From assembly GCA_047635635.1 (NCBI GenBank), contig JBLILC010000003.1, positions 377-64,376 of the forward strand: 64,000 bases of DNA, written 5' to 3'. The first letter of the stretch is position 1, and every line of letters starts with the position of its first letter. The position numbers and the translations under genes were made by a program. The notes under the pieces are model-generated. The model was not told the DNA's origin, did no database searches, and saw only the letters and a program-made list of their open reading frames with translations. Positions 55,515 through 64,000 of the stretch are shown here, piece by piece. Source of the stretch: Octadecabacter sp. (GTDB taxonomy: Bacteria > Pseudomonadota > Alphaproteobacteria > Rhodobacterales > Rhodobacteraceae).

Positions 55515-56426
55515 TTAGTGCACAGGCTTAATAAATGTACCATTACGTAAATCATGGACTGCTTGTTTCAATTCATCCTGTGTGTTCATCACGATGGGAC
55601 CATGCCAAGCGACGGGTTCTTCGATCGGCGCGCCTGAAATCAGCAAGAAACGCACACCGCCTGGTCCTGCTTGAACTGTCACTTCATTACCGGTTCCAAA
55701 CCGAATTAAGGTGCGGTCGCCAGATAAATCTCGGATGTTAACTTCTTCACCCATGACTTCCTTTTCCAAAAGCACACCTGATGGAGGGCTGGCGTCAGCG
55801 AAGGCCGCAGCCCCCTCAAATACATAGGCAAATGCGCGACGGTAAGTATCAATCTGGAACGTCTTGCGTACGCCTGCTGGCACGGTCACATCAAGATATT
55901 GCGGGTCAGCGGCGATCCCATCCACAGGACCACGTTTACCCCAAAATTCGCCTGTGATTACACGCACTACAGTGCCATCATCATCAGAAACTTCTGGAAT
56001 TTCACTCACATTCACATCCTGATAGCGCGGATCAGTCATCTTTTGTGCTGATGGCAAATTGCCCCAAAGTTGAAAACCGTGCATTTGGCCAGCCGCGTTA
56101 CCGTGAGGCATTTCTTGGTGCATAATTCCCGATCCAGCAGTCATCCATTGCACGTCGCCCGCACCTAGGGTTCCTGTATTTCCAAGGCTATCTCCATGTT
56201 CGACAGTACCATTCAGAACATAAGTGATGGTTTCAATCCCACGATGAGGGTGCCAAGGAAATCCCTTTTCAAAGTGTGCTGGATTATCGTTGCGAAAATC
56301 ATCGAACAAAAGAAATGGGTCCAACTCAGAAGGGTCCTGAAATCCAAATGCGCGGTGTAGATGCACGCCAGCACCTTCCAGAGTTTGAACGGCGCGGCGT
56401 GTCTCAAGGACTGGACGGATTGACAT
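55515..56426 (-). CDS. Pirin family protein
   Basis: DPFLLFD, HPHRGIETITY, QWMTAGSGIMHQE, GPIVMN. Confidence 0.93.
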   Translation of the reverse strand: MSIRPVLETRRAVQTLEGAGVHLHRAFGFQDPSELDPFLLFDDFRNDNPAHFEKGFPWHPHRGIETITYVLNGTVEHGDSLGNTGTLGAGDVQWMTAGSGIMHQEMPHGNAAGQMHGFQLWGNLPSAQKMTDPRYQDVNVSEIPEVSDDDGTVVRVITGEFWGKRGPVDGIAADPQYLDVTVPAGVRKTFQIDTYRRAFAYVFEGAAAFADASPPSGVLLEKEVMGEEVNIRDLSGDRTLIRFGTGNEVTVQAGPGGVRFLLISGAPIEEPVAWHGPIVMNTQDELKQAVHDLRNGTFIKPVH

Positions 56427-56601
56427 GGCTGTCTCCTACAAATTTTATAGATCAGATAATAAGATAGCGCGAAGACGCATTCAATCTCTAACTCATCACC
56501 AATAGTGTGCGGAAATGCACAGTATGTGCAGTGGCCATTTCACTACAACCTAAATAAAAATTGTCCTTTCTCAAAAGCCACAAAAACGCTAGATCAGCCT
56601 T

Positions 56602-57990
56602 ATGTCACAAAATCCTCCAAACCTTCGTCCGGACCTAGCACCGAAAATTACAACGCCTGATACCCGTCGCGGTAATCAACCAACCATTGGCATGGTGTCA
56701 TTGGGCTGCCCAAAGGCGTTGGTCGACAGCGAACGCATCCTTACGCGGCTACGTGCCGAAGGCTATGCAATCAGCCCTGATTACGCAGGTGCGGATGCAG
56801 TGATCGTTAACACCTGTGGGTTCTTGGATAGTGCAAAAGCCGAAAGCCTTGATGCCGTCGGTGAGGCTCTCATGGAAAATGGCAAGGTCATAGTAACTGG
56901 CTGCTTGGGCGCGGAACCTAATTACATTCGGGAACATCACCCACGAATTCTTGCGGTGACAGGCCCACATCAATACGAACAAGTGCTAGACGCAGTGCAC
57001 GCCGCTGTCCCGCCGTCACCCGATCCATTCATTGACCTTATGCCTGCATCCAGCGTGTCATTAACCCCGCGCCATTACAGTTATTTGAAGATTTCAGAAG
57101 GCTGTAACCACAAATGTAAGTTTTGCATTATCCCTGACATGCGCGGCAAATTACAAAGCCGCCCTGCCCATGCAGTTTTGCGCGAAGCTGAAAAGCTAGT
57201 AGAAAGTGGTGTCAAAGAACTGCTGGTTATCTCGCAGGACACGTCTGCCTATGGCGTCGACATTAAACACGCAGAAAATCGCGGGCATCGCGCCCATATT
57301 ACTGACTTGGCCCACGATCTTGGCAGTTTAGGCGGTGAAAACAAGCCATGGGTACGCCTGCACTACGTCTACCCCTATCCCCACGTGCGCCAATTGATCC
57401 CGCTGATGGCTGATGGGCTAATTCTTCCCTACCTAGACATTCCGTTTCAGCACGCCTCAACTGATGTGCTGCGCCGCATGGCTCGACCCGCCGCGGCCGC
57501 TAAAACGCTTGACGAAATCGCCGCATGGCGCAAAATCTGTCCTGACATCACCCTGCGATCCACTTTCATTGTCGGTTATCCTGGTGAGACAGAGTCAGAA
57601 TTTCAAGTACTACTGGATTGGATGGACGAGGCACAGCTAGATCGCATCGGCTGTTTCAAGTACGAAGACGTCGCTGGTGCACGGTCAAACGTCCTGCCAA
57701 ACCACGTCACAGCCGAAGTCAAGCAAAATCGCTGGGATCGTTTCATGGAAAAGGCGCAAGCAATATCCGAAGCAAAACTTGCCACGAAAGTGGGTCAGGT
57801 CATGGATGTGATCATCGACGACATCGACGAAGACGGCGTCGCAACCTGCCGCACCAAATCAGACGCCCCAGAGATCGATGGAAACTTGTTCATTGATGAG
57901 GGCACAGACAAATTAAAGGTCGGTGAAATTGTGAAGGTGGAGGTCGATGAGGCCGGTGAATATGATTTGTGGGGTCAATTGGCTCAATAG
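56602..57990 (+). CDS. rimO: Ribosomal protein S12 methylthiotransferase
   Basis: [17 protein letters not shown], radical [22 protein letters not shown] domain. Confidence 0.96.
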   Translation: MSQNPPNLRPDLAPKITTPDTRRGNQPTIGMVSLGCPKALVDSERILTRLRAEGYAISPDYAGADAVIVNTCGFLDSAKAESLDAVGEALMENGKVIVTGCLGAEPNYIREHHPRILAVTGPHQYEQVLDAVHAAVPPSPDPFIDLMPASSVSLTPRHYSYLKISEGCNHKCKFCIIPDMRGKLQSRPAHAVLREAEKLVESGVKELLVISQDTSAYGVDIKHAENRGHRAHITDLAHDLGSLGGENKPWVRLHYVYPYPHVRQLIPLMADGLILPYLDIPFQHASTDVLRRMARPAAAAKTLDEIAAWRKICPDITLRSTFIVGYPGETESEFQVLLDWMDEAQLDRIGCFKYEDVAGARSNVLPNHVTAEVKQNRWDRFMEKAQAISEAKLATKVGQVMDVIIDDIDEDGVATCRTKSDAPEIDGNLFIDEGTDKLKVGEIVKVEVDEAGEYDLWGQLAQ

Positions 57991-58659
57991 AACAGGTTTA
58001 ATGAAGTTTTCAGAATTGATGGGCAGTGTCCTAATAGAGGCATGTAGTAGAAACCCAAAATTATGATGTTCATTGCTAAATCACCTATCGCAATCGGCCC
58101 TAAAATTTTAACTAAGCTTCACCTTTATCCATGCTAAGTTTACTTTAGCAGTAATATCCACCTAAGATCATTCTTTATAATCTGCCAGCGTTACGAACTC
58201 TACTCGACCGTTGTAAATAAACTAATGGACTTTAACTCGTCTCTTCTGATTATCCTCATATACCACAATCAACGCTCCACCTTGCTGGTTTAACATTTTC
58301 ATTGTTGGCACGTAAGTGTCTCCGCAGCCAAAGAAAATCAGTCACGCAAATAGGATTGGATGATCATTTATCAGTATAAACTATCGAAACTATGTCATTT
58401 TAAAAGTTCACTCTGGTCCTACCATTCCAAATCCGCGCCCGCTCCTACTAAGGATTACCGCCAACACCGGAATCCCCAACGCTAAAATCACTGCCAGTTC
58501 CACACCATCTAGTAGAAAGATCGGCCCACACAGACCCATGGTCCTAACTCGTGCACTTGTATCCATCCACCACGTAACCCCTTCCATGACTAAATACAGG
58601 GCTATTTAAATCGTTCAAAACCACATTAAGTCCCCAGATTTTGCTCAATTTAGATCAGA

Positions 58660-59013
58660 TTAGTCCAAATATACCCGCACCGCATCCTGTACGCGGCGAA
58701 ACCGATCACCACCAATACGTACACCGCCAAACCAGCGCGTGACGACGATAATTTCACCAATGCGCGCTTCTCGCTCTAACATACGGATGATCACCAGTCC
58801 CGCGCCCACCTCGCCGTCATCGGACTTGATCGGTGTGCCGTCCGGTAGAAGCAAGCCCCATGTGTTGTGGGTGGCTTTGGCAAACTTCTTGCGCCGACAG
58901 AGTGCCTTAATGAACGCCTTAGCCTCGATCGCGGACACGCACGGCCCCCCAGAAACTGCGTATTTCGACCCACGATCAGTGAATATATTTTCTTGCACGC
59001 GCATCTGTTTCAT
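58660..59013 (-). CDS. YigZ/IMPACT family protein (N-terminal domain only)
   Basis: DRGSKY, ATHN, DDGE..AG, VVTRWFGG..GG.RF. Confidence 0.88.
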   Translation of the reverse strand: MKQMRVQENIFTDRGSKYAVSGGPCVSAIEAKAFIKALCRRKKFAKATHNTWGLLLPDGTPIKSDDGEVGAGLVIIRMLEREARIGEIIVVTRWFGGVRIGGDRFRRVQDAVRVYLD

Positions 59014-59951
59014 AGCTCCAATCTGCCTGATTCAGGCACGACTAACAATAAAGCACAACAGGATAAACGCGCCCCAACTAAGAGCTGACTAAAAATGTCA
59101 AATCCTAAGTTGGGGATCTTGTATAATTACGCGATATATTACCTATTTATTACTATGTCCAAATTCTGTTTTGGCAGACATTCTAGAACCAACCCACCTG
59201 GCAGATATACTTGATCTAATGTTGGACAGCCTGCTGCCTGCCTATTTCAGCAAGAGCATTGATCTTGTTAATCACGCTAAACTCTACACTCTACACGCCA
59301 CGGGCAACGTGATGATTAACCCGGATAACATGCATTCCATGCTGTGCCATATCGAAAGCAGCATAGGTCTTTAGAAAAAGTGGGACGCGTTTGTCACCAT
59401 AATGATCGTTACTAATGTCGGGCAGCCAGTTGCTGGTGCGATCCGGCTCAGGCTGTCTATTTTGGCGTACGCCATGAGACTTTTCTCACATAATGACGGT
59501 TGGATGGATTCGTATTCTAAACGCATCGTCAACTACATAACCCGCGTTTATGCCATTACAAATTCCCGTTACCTCGCCTATATGGCAAAATATATTTTTT
59601 CGACAGGCCAACGTTTATCATGCTGAAAGAGGTTGCCACCGACGACCTTGTTACTAAATTTAAGGTCACGAAGTTTAACACCAGTCCTACATTATTCCTT
59701 TATAAGAAACTGGTCTTTATGAATACTCATCCATAATAGATATTGTAGGATAGGCCAGTGCCGCCGTGCAATGGAACAGTGAGATCGTACCAGCTCTTGA
59801 CATGATTGCATTTGTCCCTGACTCGGTCTTTAATTTTGTAAAAATCATAATGGGCCAATGAAACAATTTCATAGCAAAGGCTCACATTCAATGCCCGGTC
59901 TAATTGATGACTGGCGCAGCAGCGCATGGCAGGTATCAATTCGCTGGCCGT

Positions 59952-60476
59952 TTAATACGATGGCCCAACCCCACTTTCAATCGCCATGCGTAGAGCAATT
60001 TCAGGCCACGTCTGGCGCCCACCACGTTCTCTAATTTGTGACAGCTGCATACGTGCACCAACCAAGTCGCCACGTTCAACCATACCCTGGCCCATGTAGG
60101 ATAGCGCGAGCGTGTTGTCGGGATCGATAAGAAGAGCCGATTTATAATGTGCCATGCCCACATCGAAATCTCCCAGCTTGCGGGCCGTAAACCCGTAGTA
60201 GGTCTGCACCATGGTGTCGTTGGGATCAAGTTTGTCAAGGACGGCACGTGCATCTGCATAGCGACCATAGTATGCAAGTTCGCGCACTACATTCATCATA
60301 GCGCTATCATCGTTAGTAGATTGATCAGATCCAATACAAGTCTGCGTCGCGAGATCAAAAATTAACCCATCGGCGCAATCTTCAGTCGTTTCAGTTGGAG
60401 CAGGGATTCCAGTTCCAGCCGCAAAGCCCATTACAGGAGTGAAGGCCAATAACGTCGCAGCAAGGGCAATACGCAT
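59952..60476 (-). CDS. Exported tetratricopeptide repeat protein
   Basis: Signal peptide MRIALAA..., TPR-like YYGFTARKLG...ALLIDPDN..ALSYMGQG; ATG at 60476 after AAGGA. Confidence 0.85.
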   Translation of the reverse strand: MRIALAATLLAFTPVMGFAAGTGIPAPTETTEDCADGLIFDLATQTCIGSDQSTNDDSAMMNVVRELAYYGRYADARAVLDKLDPNDTMVQTYYGFTARKLGDFDVGMAHYKSALLIDPDNTLALSYMGQGMVERGDLVGARMQLSQIRERGGRQTWPEIALRMAIESGVGPSY

Positions 60477-60632
60477 ACTTTGAGTTTCCTTTTTTAAATT
60501 TAAAGTCCATTTGTGATAGTGCACAAAGGCGCTGTTACAAAACAATACCGTAAACTGCACATAAAATACCTTGGTGCCCTTATGACGCTACGGCACAATA
60601 TACAGGATCAATTTGGCAGCTACCTTTAATTC

Positions 60633-61286
60633 ATGAATACATCAGAAACCTACCCCGACTACACACGCGGCGAACGGATCGCGGATGGCGCAGTACACGC
60701 CGTTGGCATTTTTTTTGCTATTATAGCGACAATTATACTAATCATCGGAGCAAGCGGTAGCTCCAGCTTTTGGACTTTTGTTGCACTCAGCATTTATGGC
60801 GCAGCGCTGATCGGGTCGTTTGTAGCCTCTGCGTGTTACCATTTCACCCCATGGGACCACCACCGTGCTATGTTGCGCCGCATTGACCACGCAGCAATAT
60901 ATTTTAAAATTGCCGGGACATATACACCACTTGTGGTAATCATCGGGTCCGCATTCGCCTTTAGTATTTTAGGTATTGTATGGACGCTTGCCACTGTCGG
61001 CGCGATCGCAAAGCTTTTCTTCTGGGCCCGTCCCAGCCGTTGGGGTCTTGGCCTCTACCTTGGGCTTGGTTGGCTCAGCATCGCACTCGTTTCATCACTC
61101 ATTCCATTGGTATCGGGATTGTCGTTGGGGCTAATAGTGGCAGGCGGATTAGTCTATTCATTAGGCGCGGTTGTGTTCAGCGTTGACGGGTTGCGCTATC
61201 AGAACGCGATTTGGCATACCTTAGTGGTGATAGCGTCAATGTGTTTTTGCCTAGCAATTGCCATTAATGTTCTACCCACAGCCTAA
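60633..61286 (+). CDS. Hemolysin III / PAQR family membrane protein
   Basis: E..AD..VH, SACYH, RRIDHAAIY..IAGTYTP, AIWH. Confidence 0.92.
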   Translation: MNTSETYPDYTRGERIADGAVHAVGIFFAIIATIILIIGASGSSSFWTFVALSIYGAALIGSFVASACYHFTPWDHHRAMLRRIDHAAIYFKIAGTYTPLVVIIGSAFAFSILGIVWTLATVGAIAKLFFWARPSRWGLGLYLGLGWLSIALVSSLIPLVSGLSLGLIVAGGLVYSLGAVVFSVDGLRYQNAIWHTLVVIASMCFCLAIAINVLPTA

Positions 61287-61424
61287 TCACCCACACAACC
61301 CAGATCAAAAAATCACAAAAACCTAATATTCTAAACTTTATGGATTTGCAGACTTAAAAGTAGGCAATTCCACTTCTACCTACTCCCTGTAGCATTTTTT
61401 GACCGACACGTTCCATTACCGCAA

Positions 61425-62231
61425 TTATTCTTCACCTGCGTCAGCCAAAACGCGCAGACAATAAATGCACGAAAGTCCAGCGGCCGTTTGGCGCACTATT
61501 CGCACCCGTTCGGCATTGGCCGGATGGGTGCCAAGAAAACGGTCACCTGGATCGGGGACACGAAAGAAAAAATCCGCGCCGCGCACAGGATCAAAACCTG
61601 CACGGAACGCGATAATGGTGCCAAGGCGGTCTGCCTCAAGTTCAAAATCCTTGGAATAACTGCGTGCACCAACGGCAGCACCCAGTTCTTGCGCAGTGCG
61701 AATAGCTTCATTACCGACACCCGTGACGCCCGCCAATTGCCCAAAGACGGCCGCGCCAACAGTTGCATTGCGGCGCTGCTGATCAAGGTGATTTTCAATG
61801 TGATGCGCAGCTTCGTGGGCCATAACAAACGCCAACTCATCAGTGTTTCGCGCATCCGCAATCAACGCCAGCGTAAACGCCACAATCGGTCTGCCCCGTC
61901 TGTCAACTGTCTGAAATGCATTGGCAGGTTGGCCCAGGCGATCATCAACCACTATCAAAAAATCACAGTTCAAGCTACGCGACCGACTTCGGCATTCAAG
62001 TTCCGCTATAGGTTCTAGCCGATTCACAACCTCAATGAATGCGCGTGACATAGCCCGCTTATCTCGTGGTATTTCCGCGATCAAAACTGGGATGGAGGCG
62101 GACTTTGACACATCTACAGACGATTGTTGCCCTGCCGATTGTCCAGTAGAATGCACAGCAACATCACATGATGTTAGCGTCAACGCGCTTCCAACCAACA
62201 TGATGGCTGTCAACACCTTGAATACCTGCAT
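61425..62231 (-). CDS. M48 family metallopeptidase lipoprotein
   Basis: Lipobox LTSC, NAF, ELAFVMAHEAAHH, ELEAD, THP. Confidence 0.9.
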   Translation of the reverse strand: MQVFKVLTAIMLVGSALTLTSCDVAVHSTGQSAGQQSSVDVSKSASIPVLIAEIPRDKRAMSRAFIEVVNRLEPIAELECRSRSRSLNCDFLIVVDDRLGQPANAFQTVDRRGRPIVAFTLALIADARNTDELAFVMAHEAAHHIENHLDQQRRNATVGAAVFGQLAGVTGVGNEAIRTAQELGAAVGARSYSKDFELEADRLGTIIAFRAGFDPVRGADFFFRVPDPGDRFLGTHPANAERVRIVRQTAAGLSCIYCLRVLADAGEE

Positions 62232-62391
62232 GGTTTGAATTCCCTTGATGCTATACTAGCTTTATTTTAGCAGGGAACCCCGCGCCTGCCAGTCCCATCA
62301 CGAAGTTGTATTCGACAAACAGCCCTTGACGCCTGCAAACCTGAGCGCGCAGAATATATTTTGAATAAACAAGACTAAATAAAGGATCACC

Positions 62392-62628
62392 ATGTTCACC
62401 ATCGAACACGACTATGATTCGACCGTAATCACGCTGGTCGATGACGGTGAGGTCCCACTGCGCGAAGACGTGAAGATTTCCGCGTTCGAGGACTGCATCA
62501 TCGTAAACCAAATCGATCCACACACCTACGATCCTGTAACAATCAAAATGTCAATGGCACAACTACGCGATCTGTCCTCAGCGCTGGACCTGCCAGAAGG
62601 GTCGTATCGATTTCGCGAAGCAGGATAG
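62392..62628 (+). CDS. Conserved hypothetical protein
   Basis: AAGGA RBS; MFTIEH...LDLPEGSY pattern; coupled to the downstream deacetylase gene. Confidence 0.75.
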   Translation: MFTIEHDYDSTVITLVDDGEVPLREDVKISAFEDCIIVNQIDPHTYDPVTIKMSMAQLRDLSSALDLPEGSYRFREAG

Positions 62629-62633
62629 GTATA

Positions 62634-63734
62634 ATGGCAACTGGTTTTTTCTGGGACGAAAAATGTTTTTGGCATGGTGGCGGCAATTACGCAGGCATGT
62701 TGCCAGTGGGCGGCTTGGTGCAGCCAATGGTTGGCGGCGGCCTGCCAGAAAGCCCTGAATCCAAACGACGCTTCAAAAACTTGATGGATATAACCGGACT
62801 GTCTGGCGAACTGGACTTACGGAGCGCAGCAGAGGCATCGCGAAAAGATTTGCTACGCATTCACCCAGTTTCCTATCTCGAAACATTTAAAGAAGCGTCT
62901 GACGCAGGCGGTGGCGAGTTGGGCCGCCGCACTCCCTTTGGCCCCGGTGGGTATGAAATGGCTGCGCTATCTGCGGGCCTCAGCATTGCCGCACTCGATG
63001 CGGTTCTGCGCGGTGAAGTCACTAATGCTTACGCACTCTCACGCCCACCCGGACACCACTGCTTGCCCGATTACCCCAACGGATTCTGTCTATTTGCCAA
63101 CCTTGCACTGGCTATCGAAACAGCTCGCGCGAATGGTCTGGCCCAGCGCTTCGTGGTACTTGATTGGGATGTGCACCACGGCAACGGCACCGAATCTATC
63201 TTTTACGAAGACTCTAATGTACTAACAATTTCCATGCACCAAGAACGCAATTACCCAATGGATACTGGCAACTTTTCAGATCGTGGGCGTGGTAAGGGGA
63301 CGGGTTTCAACCTCAACATCCCACTACCACCTGGCACTGGCCACAGAGGCTACCTGTCAACGATGGAGCAGATTGTAATCCCACAAATCCAAGCGTTCAA
63401 ACCCGATATCATTGTCATAGCTTGCGGCTACGACGCCGCTGCGATTGACCCACTTGGTCGGATGCTGGCAACAGCCGAAACATTTAAAGTGCTGACTCAG
63501 CAGGTCAAATTTCTCGCCCAAGATCTTTGTGGTGGCAGATTGATGATGGCCCATGAAGGTGGTTATTCCGAAGTTTATGTCCCGTTCTGTGGACACCACA
63601 TCATCGCCGAAATGGCAGATAGTAACATCATCGCTCCAGACCCATTTGGTGAGGTGTTCCCACTTCGCCAACCATCAAAAGCATTTGACCAGTTCCTAGA
63701 TGGATTGTTGGCAGAGATGGCAGCCGCGCTGTAG
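62634..63734 (+). CDS. Class II histone deacetylase / acetylpolyamine amidohydrolase-like protein
   Basis: RPPGHH, GFC..N, DWDVHHGNGT, GYDA..DPLG, HEGGY. Confidence 0.92.
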   Translation: MATGFFWDEKCFWHGGGNYAGMLPVGGLVQPMVGGGLPESPESKRRFKNLMDITGLSGELDLRSAAEASRKDLLRIHPVSYLETFKEASDAGGGELGRRTPFGPGGYEMAALSAGLSIAALDAVLRGEVTNAYALSRPPGHHCLPDYPNGFCLFANLALAIETARANGLAQRFVVLDWDVHHGNGTESIFYEDSNVLTISMHQERNYPMDTGNFSDRGRGKGTGFNLNIPLPPGTGHRGYLSTMEQIVIPQIQAFKPDIIVIACGYDAAAIDPLGRMLATAETFKVLTQQVKFLAQDLCGGRLMMAHEGGYSEVYVPFCGHHIIAEMADSNIIAPDPFGEVFPLRQPSKAFDQFLDGLLAEMAAAL

Positions 63735-64000
63735 CGCGGATGCCAAATAGTGTGCACCAGACTTTTGCTTTAATCGAGTTTTTCAATCTTCGTATAAAAC
63801 CGAGTTATTCCTTAATCAGACCCGCTGTTATTAACTTAATAGAATAGCTAAGTTCACTTAAATTTTTTCATTTTGCTTACTTTTCTTACAATAAAGCTGC
63901 GTCCAGTTGGGGAAATGGCAGGTCAACTCATCTGCATCCAGACAGACTCAATCTGATCCTAAAAATTGAAATGGGGGCATGTGAAGGCCGACTAAACTGG

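Noticed and set aside
57991-58659. Spacer with a Gly/Ser/Asp-rich minus-strand fragment
   Set aside because: Too short and interrupted to support a specific call; counted only as part of the general erosion
58660-59013. Short YigZ lacking a C-terminal domain
   Set aside because: Single-domain versions are common, and it has a clean start, stop and motifs, so it is not evidence of truncation
1-64000. CRISPR arrays, tRNA/rRNA, IS elements, prophage or defence systems
   Set aside because: No regularly spaced repeats, RNA gene signatures, transposase, integrase or phage proteins were seen by eye

Overview
This is a 64-kb chromosomal segment from an alphaproteobacterium of the Rhodobacteraceae/Roseobacter group (inferred from gcrA, tandem LiuR-like MerR regulators, the DUF952-pyrD pair and gene order). 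It carries about 47 intact housekeeping or metabolic genes: pyrD, a fatty-acid/acyl-CoA oxidation cluster, a BCCT transporter, the cdd-deoA-deoB-add-upp nucleoside salvage operon, maeB, prpE, NAD kinase, glyA, lepA, rpmB, meaB, hrpB, argF/argD, gcrA and rimO. I found no rRNA, tRNA, CRISPR array, prophage or IS element. Two things stand out. (1) About 11 kb of the window is AT-rich spacer, several parts of which are recognisable, heavily eroded pseudogenes (gnd, an SGNH/GDSL hydrolase, a sulfotransferase, a universal stress protein). There is also a truncated SPOR-type gene and several apparent stop-codon read-throughs, pointing to ongoing genome decay without visible mobile elements. (2) A DUF2946-like upstream ORF (signal peptide, CxxC, C-terminal RGPP ribosome-arrest-type motif) lies 50 nt upstream of a PCu(A)C copper chaperone. 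Its last codons can base-pair with the chaperone Shine-Dalgarno, giving a candidate copper-sensing translational switch. Candidate operators (LiuR box, PccR-like TTTGCAAA boxes, a perfect 20-bp palindrome) and a possible vestigial Arg leader peptide before argD are also visible. Family assignments are from motif recognition and recall, not database searches.
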